This document shows, piece after piece, positions 26,367 to 32,000 of a stretch of DNA of 32,000 nucleotides (positions are counted from its first letter, which is position 1; every line of letters starts with the position of its first letter). Under the pieces are notes generated by a model. The model was not told the origin of the DNA and made no database searches. It saw only the letters and a program-made list of their open reading frames with translations. Position numbers and translations under genes: made by a program. The stretch is from Candidatus Thorarchaeota archaeon. GTDB lineage: Archaea > Asgardarchaeota > Heimdallarchaeia > Hodarchaeales > Hodarchaeaceae. Location: positions 1 through 32,000 of the forward strand of contig JBHLRO010000025.1 in NCBI GenBank assembly GCA_048882505.1. Direction: 5' to 3'.

Positions 26367-27137
26367 TTAACGATTCTGCCAAACTGGAGATCTTTTTTCA
26401 ACAAAGGCCTGTAACCCCTCATTAGCATCCTTGGTTTCCATTAGCTCATGCAGGTATAAGTGTTCGATCCGACTCAGAATGTGCATGAATTCAACATGAG
26501 TTCCTATTTGGAGCGCTTTCTTCGCATATCGTAAAACGACCGCACTTAAGGACCTAAATCTCTGTAAATAGTTTTCAAAATCCTGATCGAAGGTGGTAGA
26601 GGGAAATACGTGATTTATCAATCCATATTTTAGCGCTTCTTGCGCATTCATTGATTCACCATGCATCACAAGTTCGTAGGCCATTTTCAGTGGTACCAGG
26701 TGCGGTAATAGAACCGTTGCCAGTGGGGGAAAGACACCCACTTTGATTTCTGGCTGTCCGAACTTGGCATTTTCAGAAGCAATCACAAAATCACAAAATA
26801 AGGCAACCTCACACCCCCCTCCCAGAGCTGCCCCCTTAACACTAGCTATCGTGGGACAGGGCAAAGAATAAAATTGTCTGAAGATTTTGTGGAATTCTTC
26901 GAGCATGGTCTTGGCTGTATCTCCCATATGCTCTCCTACATCTACTCCTGCGGAGAATGTCCGCCCTGTGTGTCCAACGACCAGGGCCTTCAACGAATTG
27001 TCCTTGGAAAATTCCTCAATCGCCCGATTGATCTCAACCATCATCGCAATGTTAAGAATGTTAAGTTTTCCACTGTTTAATATGATTTTGCCAACGTTAT
27101 CATTTTTAATTACCTGAATCTGTTCGTAGTTCATCAC
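26367..27137 (-). CDS. dch: Cyclohexa-1,5-dienecarbonyl-CoA hydratase-like enoyl-CoA hydratase
   Basis: LNILNIAMM, FSAGVDVGEH, EFHKIFR, ALGGGCE, FGQPEIKVGVFPP, IEHLYLHELMETKDANEGL..F.EKR.P.W match remembered Dch/BamR sequences. SD GAAGGTGA upstream. Confidence 0.8.
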   Translation of the reverse strand: MMNYEQIQVIKNDNVGKIILNSGKLNILNIAMMVEINRAIEEFSKDNSLKALVVGHTGRTFSAGVDVGEHMGDTAKTMLEEFHKIFRQFYSLPCPTIASVKGAALGGGCEVALFCDFVIASENAKFGQPEIKVGVFPPLATVLLPHLVPLKMAYELVMHGESMNAQEALKYGLINHVFPSTTFDQDFENYLQRFRSLSAVVLRYAKKALQIGTHVEFMHILSRIEHLYLHELMETKDANEGLQAFVEKRSPVWQNR

Positions 27138-27493
27138 TTTTTCACCTTCGACTTATTCCAAATACGGGATCACCTCGATAAGTATGGTTTTAATAATTGC
27201 AGTAGAAGAGCCAAATTTGGAAGCTATGCCCATAAGCTAAAAAAGGAGCTTAGATCCCGATATTCTTCGAACGTAATCTGAAGTTGAACTTTTGATTCAT
27301 TTTTTCCCTTAAGGGCTTCTTTTTTCGCAGATACTATCTCGAATAGTTAAAATGCCTACTTTATATAGATTTAAACCTCCCCTTCTTGTTTACTTGAAGT
27401 ACGATTGAACCAATTCTGAAAAAAATTAAAATTACCTATTAAGAGGAAAAATAGATTGTGATTTGGCCGCTGGGAGATTATATATGCCCTTAT

Positions 27494-28708
27494 TTATTCA
27501 ATCAAAGGAAAATGGCACGCTACCCAATGATTTGAACGCTGCTCTATGAGTTCTGGTTCATTTTCAATGCATTTTGAAGGATCCACGATAGGACAACGAG
27601 GATGGAATCTGCAACCTGACGGAGGATTAATTGCATCTGGTACCTCCCCATGCGGCAAATCATATTTCTTTTCTCCAGGAATAGGTGTCGGAACTGCATC
27701 TATTAGGGCTCTCGTATACGGGTGGAGCGGATTTCTGAATATGGCCTCGACCTCTCCCATTTCAACGAGTTTTCCAACATACATTACCCCTATTCGGTCA
27801 CCAAAATGCCTTGCTGTGGCCAGATCATGGGTTATAAAGAGAATTGAAAGATTATGTGCTAATTGGAGTGATTTCAATGAGTCTAGAATACCTGCGCGTA
27901 AACTGACATCCAACATACTTGTAGGTTCATCAGCGATTATTAGCTCTGGATTCAATATTAATGCTCTCGCTATGGAGGCTCGCTGCAGTTCACCGCCGCT
28001 AACTTCATGGGGAAATTTCGTATAATATTGTTGGGAAGGAGTTAAACCGATTTCTTCAAACACCTCCAGGATGCCTGAATCAGCAATTTTTCTTCTACGA
28101 AACCAAGAATGATAGAAGTAGCTTCCCAAGGCGACAGTGAAAAGGGACACTCCAAAAAGAGCACTAAGGGTAACTATTGTCGAATCCTGAATAAAAAACA
28201 CAAGCGTGAGAGCCAAAAGTGAAATTATACTACTTAAAATAAGAAAAAACTCCGAGTATACGGAGTTACGATATCTCTTTCTGACCTCGGTGTCCGTAAT
28301 CCTATTGTGAATTAATAAGGGATGAAGAACTGCATCCCCCAAACGCATACGTGGATTTAATGAGGAAAAAGGATTTTGAAAGACGACTTGAGATTTTATA
28401 TTTCCTTTACGGGGTATTAACTCATTGTGTGTAATTTCATTGTTCTTCCACTTGAATTTTCCTGTTGTGGGAGTCTCTAAACCAACCAATATATTAGCAG
28501 TAGTCGTCTTTCCACATCCAGACTCACCAACCAAGCAGAAAATCTCTCCTTTATTGATTGAAAACGTGATATCATCAACAGCTTTCACATATGTCTCTTG
28601 TCGAGTGAACAGTCTATCTAGAGTTCCATGCTCAACTGGAAAGTATTTTCTAAGGTTAGTTACTTCTATTAAAGTCTCCTTTTCTTTCTTATCAATAAGA
28701 CCTGACAT
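27494..28708 (-). CDS. oppF: Oligopeptide ABC transporter ATPase (OppF/DppF) with inserted two-TM hairpin (track start 28750)
   Basis: GESGCGKTT, VFQNP, SGGELQR, IIADEPTSMLD, ITHDL, HPYT, C-terminal GCRFHPRCP...C...P...ACH. Hydrophobic insert at about 28085-28285. Confidence 0.92.
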   Translation of the reverse strand: MSGLIDKKEKETLIEVTNLRKYFPVEHGTLDRLFTRQETYVKAVDDITFSINKGEIFCLVGESGCGKTTTANILVGLETPTTGKFKWKNNEITHNELIPRKGNIKSQVVFQNPFSSLNPRMRLGDAVLHPLLIHNRITDTEVRKRYRNSVYSEFFLILSSIISLLALTLVFFIQDSTIVTLSALFGVSLFTVALGSYFYHSWFRRRKIADSGILEVFEEIGLTPSQQYYTKFPHEVSGGELQRASIARALILNPELIIADEPTSMLDVSLRAGILDSLKSLQLAHNLSILFITHDLATARHFGDRIGVMYVGKLVEMGEVEAIFRNPLHPYTRALIDAVPTPIPGEKKYDLPHGEVPDAINPPSGCRFHPRCPIVDPSKCIENEPELIEQRSNHWVACHFPLIE

Positions 28709-28721
28709 TGTCACTCCCTCA

Positions 28722-29720
28722 CTATCTAAAATGGGATTCATAGGATTCATGAAACATCAGACATTTGGCAATATGTTGACTCTTTGACCCTATCATTATT
28801 AGCTCTGGGCTTTCTTTTCTGCAGACATCTTTTACAAAAGTGCACCGATCGGCAAAGGAACATCCTTTCGGGGGATTTCTTAGATCGGGAGGATGCCCGG
28901 GAATAAAACTAAGCTGCTTCTTTTCTTTCTCTTTGACATTGGGAATCGCCTTGATCAAGGCCTGTGTGTAAGGATGAGCTGGGCTTTCAAAGATAGTAAA
29001 GGTATCGCCTACCTCAACTATTTGACCGGCATACATTATGGCAACTCGATTTGTGATTTCCGCTACTACCCCCAAATCATGTGTAATGTAAATAACTGTC
29101 AATTTGTACTCTCTAATGATATCTTTTAGTAGCTGAAGGAGTCTTGCCTGAACCAAAACATCAAGTGCTGTGGTAGGTTCATCAGCAATAATCATTTTTG
29201 GATTCAAAATCAAGGTTAACGCTATTACAATTCGTTGTTGCATTCCGCCCGAAAATTGAAAGGGATTGTCTTTCAAGCGTGTGGGAGGGATTTCCAAACG
29301 GTGTAACAAAGATTTCACTTCTTCCCATTTTTCCTCAGTCCACAGCTCGTGTACTTTCAGAGTATCGATAAAATGATCTGAAACCTTCTGAAGAGGATTC
29401 AGGGCATTCTGAGAAGCCTGAAACACCATAGATATATCAGAACCACGAAGTTTTTCCATTTCCTCCTCGGATAGCTGTACCAGATCTTTCTTATTATATA
29501 GAATTCTCCCTGAACGAATAACCCCGCCCTGAAGTAGGCCAAGGATTGAATAGCCCAGTGTGCTTTTTCCACATCCAGATTCTCCCACCAGGCCTAAAAC
29601 TTCTCCTTTGTCAATGGTGAGAGAGACATTATCTACCGCTCTCACATTTCCGTCAAGTGTGGGATATTCAACGACCAGGTTCTGGATTTCCAATAACGGA
29701 GGTTTATCGCTATTTCGCAT
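28722..29720 (-). CDS. oppD: Oligopeptide ABC transporter ATPase (OppD/DppD) (track start 29768)
   Basis: GESGCGKST, VFQASQNALNP, FSGGMQQR, IIADEPTTALD, ITHDL, GCSFADRC. Confidence 0.93.
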   Translation of the reverse strand: MRNSDKPPLLEIQNLVVEYPTLDGNVRAVDNVSLTIDKGEVLGLVGESGCGKSTLGYSILGLLQGGVIRSGRILYNKKDLVQLSEEEMEKLRGSDISMVFQASQNALNPLQKVSDHFIDTLKVHELWTEEKWEEVKSLLHRLEIPPTRLKDNPFQFSGGMQQRIVIALTLILNPKMIIADEPTTALDVLVQARLLQLLKDIIREYKLTVIYITHDLGVVAEITNRVAIMYAGQIVEVGDTFTIFESPAHPYTQALIKAIPNVKEKEKKQLSFIPGHPPDLRNPPKGCSFADRCTFVKDVCRKESPELIMIGSKSQHIAKCLMFHESYESHFR

Positions 29721-30660
29721 TATTTCGTCTACTGATGAGGGGATTGAACTTATCATTGAGTGCATCACCTATAAGTGAAAAAGCAAAGGAGAGAACAAAT
29801 ATCATTAGCCCAGGGAAGAAAATCAGCCAAGGATAGGTGCGAACCCTTGAAAGAGATCTGTTTTCATATACATCATAACCCCAATCAGCTGTTGGAGGTT
29901 GTATACCGAGTCCTAGGAATGCTAAACCAGCATTTGTAAGAATTGCATCAGTCATATTGAAGGGAATGATCGCAATGGTAGAGGCCAAAATATTGGGAGT
30001 GATATATCTCAGCAAAATGGTTAACCTACCTGCTCCCATAGTTTTCGCAGCGTCAACGTAACCTTCTTTTTTTATTTGTAAAACTTGAGCCCGAACCACC
30101 CGAAAATACGTCGGAATGTAAACGACCGCAGTTGCAAAAGATACAGCGGCAACTGTTTTTAAGATACCGAAAGCAGCAAGGTAAATAGCGAAAACTATGG
30201 CAAATAATAAGGAAGGAAAAGAATAGATCGCATCTGCTATTAGAGTCAGTAGACGGTCCATTTTTCCCCCAAAGTATCCCGAAAGGACACCCAAAGGTAT
30301 CCCAAATATATATGCCAGAATAGTTCCTGAAAACGCCATTAATAACGCTATTCTGGCCCCGTATATTACCCGTGCGAGTACATCGTAACCCAAGAGATTA
30401 GTTCCAAAAGGATGTTCTAAAGAAGGGGGGGCAAAACGTAAACTTGGAAACCGTTCATCGTAGGAATAAGGGGAAATGACATCTGCAAATAAGGCCATAA
30501 CCAAAATCATAACAAAGAGAAATATCCCCAAAGTTAACGTTTTATTATATTTTATAGATCTAATAAGGCCGATAAACGAGGATTTAACCGATAGACCTTG
30601 TTTTTTCGGTGTTAAAGGGGGAGTGACCAATTTTGTTTCACCAAAAAGATTTTCGATCAA
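29710..30660 (-). CDS. oppC: Oligopeptide ABC transporter permease (OppC/DppC)
   Basis: APPSLEHPFGTNLLG.D, IYGAR, EAA loop EGYVDAAKTMGA, LAFLGLG, PGL, GDAL. TTG start overlaps the oppB TGA. Confidence 0.93.
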   Translation of the reverse strand: MIENLFGETKLVTPPLTPKKQGLSVKSSFIGLIRSIKYNKTLTLGIFLFVMILVMALFADVISPYSYDERFPSLRFAPPSLEHPFGTNLLGYDVLARVIYGARIALLMAFSGTILAYIFGIPLGVLSGYFGGKMDRLLTLIADAIYSFPSLLFAIVFAIYLAAFGILKTVAAVSFATAVVYIPTYFRVVRAQVLQIKKEGYVDAAKTMGAGRLTILLRYITPNILASTIAIIPFNMTDAILTNAGLAFLGLGIQPPTADWGYDVYENRSLSRVRTYPWLIFFPGLMIFVLSFAFSLIGDALNDKFNPLISRRNNAK

Positions 30661-31886
30661 TATGTTATTCTTGGATCAACTAGTGCATAGTAAATATCAC
30701 TAATCAAGCTTAACAGACTTACAATAAGAACTGTGACAATTACTACGCCTTGGACTGCAGGATAGTCCTTTTCTGCAATTGCAAGAAACAAATATCTTCC
30801 TAAACCAGGTATATTGAACGTTGTTTCTGTTAGAATTGCACCAGCTAGCAATAGAGCAAACTGAAGACTTATCAATCCGATCGTAGGTACCACCGCGTTT
30901 TTCAAAGTGTATCGATATATAACAGTTTTTTCGGGGATTCCACGTGATCGTGCGAAGTGAACGTAATCTTGCTCTAATTGAAAAATCATGTTTGTTCGAA
31001 CTTGTCGTGCGATTACTGCAGCAATCAGCATTCCTAAAGCTAGACCAGGTAGAATCAGGTGAATGATTATATCATAGGTTAAATCGGGGCGCCCACTTAA
31101 TATGGTATCAATTATCCAAATATTTGTATAATGAGTGAATTCCCCGGTTGCTCCAGCGCTTATCGGGGATAGTGCGGGGAGAGGAAAAATCATAAACGAA
31201 ATTATACCGATAACTATCACAAAAAATGAGACTCCAAATAGTTTGTTGGGTTGAACGGAAATACCAGCAATCTTGGTTGTATCTCTCTTGTTAATAATCC
31301 TTAGAAAAACACCGACTAATAAACTGAAGACTCCCATTATTATGATTATTATAGCTATAGGGCGTAAAAGCGGACCTAGAAAGCCAGATCTTGAAAACAT
31401 CATTTGAAGTAAAATTCCTACCAGGAATATAGGGATCGAATAATCACCTATTGTGTACAAGCGAATAGAGTGGTCCTCTGCTTTGTCTCTTTTAGCACCA
31501 GAAACACCACCTAATATAATCCCTAATGGCACACCTATCAAAGTTCCGAAAGTTCCCAACGTCAAAGTGAGGCCAAATGCCTGTTGAATTTCCGCGGTTA
31601 CCAAACCATTTGTTCTGAAAGACGTTCCAAAATCAAATGTTACGGCACGAACCAAGAATTCAAAATACTGTTCATGTAGCGGTTTATTCAGCCCAAATCT
31701 CTCCGAAATAAGTTCTACTTGATCGGGTGTCAGTTTCGGATTCAAAACAAGAGCAGGATTTGCCCCAGGTAGTACACGTAACAAGAAGAAGACGATGGAT
31801 ATTAATAGCCAAATCATAGGAATAAGAAGCACTATCCTTGTAAAAATAAAGGAACGTAATGAGCCCAATTTTATCAGAATCTCCAA
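30657..31886 (-). CDS. oppB: Oligopeptide ABC transporter permease (OppB/DppB) with extra TM hairpin
   Basis: LPG.PA, FGLNKPLHEQY, DFGTS, HLILP, QDYVHFARSRG, HxLKNA-like TLKNA, ETTFNIPGLG, DYP.VQG, DPRI. Confidence 0.93.
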   Translation of the reverse strand: MEILIKLGSLRSFIFTRIVLLIPMIWLLISIVFFLLRVLPGANPALVLNPKLTPDQVELISERFGLNKPLHEQYFEFLVRAVTFDFGTSFRTNGLVTAEIQQAFGLTLTLGTFGTLIGVPLGIILGGVSGAKRDKAEDHSIRLYTIGDYSIPIFLVGILLQMMFSRSGFLGPLLRPIAIIIIIMGVFSLLVGVFLRIINKRDTTKIAGISVQPNKLFGVSFFVIVIGIISFMIFPLPALSPISAGATGEFTHYTNIWIIDTILSGRPDLTYDIIIHLILPGLALGMLIAAVIARQVRTNMIFQLEQDYVHFARSRGIPEKTVIYRYTLKNAVVPTIGLISLQFALLLAGAILTETTFNIPGLGRYLFLAIAEKDYPAVQGVVIVTVLIVSLLSLISDIYYALVDPRITY

Positions 31887-32000
31887 TTTGTCGTGATTAA
31901 CCCAATGAAATTCGGTTGGAACGTGTTGGATGAAAGAAACTTTTGCTGATTAGCAAACTGATCATCTTAAAAATACATATTAGGGAACCCCGTCATCAGT

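Noticed and set aside
27160-27345. Two overlapping protein-like minus-strand fragments upstream of dch (possible frameshifted relic)
   Set aside because: No family recognised; each fragment is under 45 aa.
1506-29778. The many short or medium track ORFs overlapping assigned genes (e.g. 4505-5020, 6601-7041, 8927-9253, 13084-13596, 16271-16705, 22582-22989, 27546-28025)
   Set aside because: Antisense or alternate-frame shadows of motif-bearing genes; Ser/Pro/Arg-skewed composition and no recognisable motifs.
1-32000. CRISPR arrays, rRNA, transposases, prophage or defence genes
   Set aside because: No regularly spaced repeats, rRNA signature tracts, DDE/integrase motifs or viral hallmark genes were recognised.

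Overview
Gene-dense, AT-leaning archaeal-type window. It is most likely from an Asgard archaeon (Heimdallarchaeia/Hodarchaeales-like). That placement is an inference from two longin/uDENN-type proteins, a CCDC47-like protein, an archaeal thiolase/DUF35 pair, archaeal-type Cmk and an ADP-forming acyl-CoA synthetase. About 27 credible CDS are present; I recognised no rRNA, tRNA, CRISPR array or transposase. Main themes: (1) eukaryote-like membrane proteins: a signal peptide/FG-GAP repeat/TM/longin receptor-like protein, a CCDC47 (PAT complex)-like protein and a uDENN/longin protein. (2) A CstA transporter facing an operon of one small protein and two ArsA/GET3 ATPases, one of which carries a natural Switch-I Asp-to-Asn change. 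(3) A dispersed set of anaerobic benzoyl-CoA lower-pathway genes (dch, had, thiolase, DUF35-SDR fusion, glutaryl-CoA dehydrogenase-like) with an iodotyrosine deiodinase homologue directly upstream of had. (4) An Opp/Dpp ABC importer whose OppF ATPase and OppB permease each carry an extra transmembrane hairpin. I also found two features missing from the ORF track: a 5'-complete secreted protein running off the left edge, and a probable pseudogene remnant with two in-frame stops. All family assignments come from motif recognition and remembered family sequences, not database searches.
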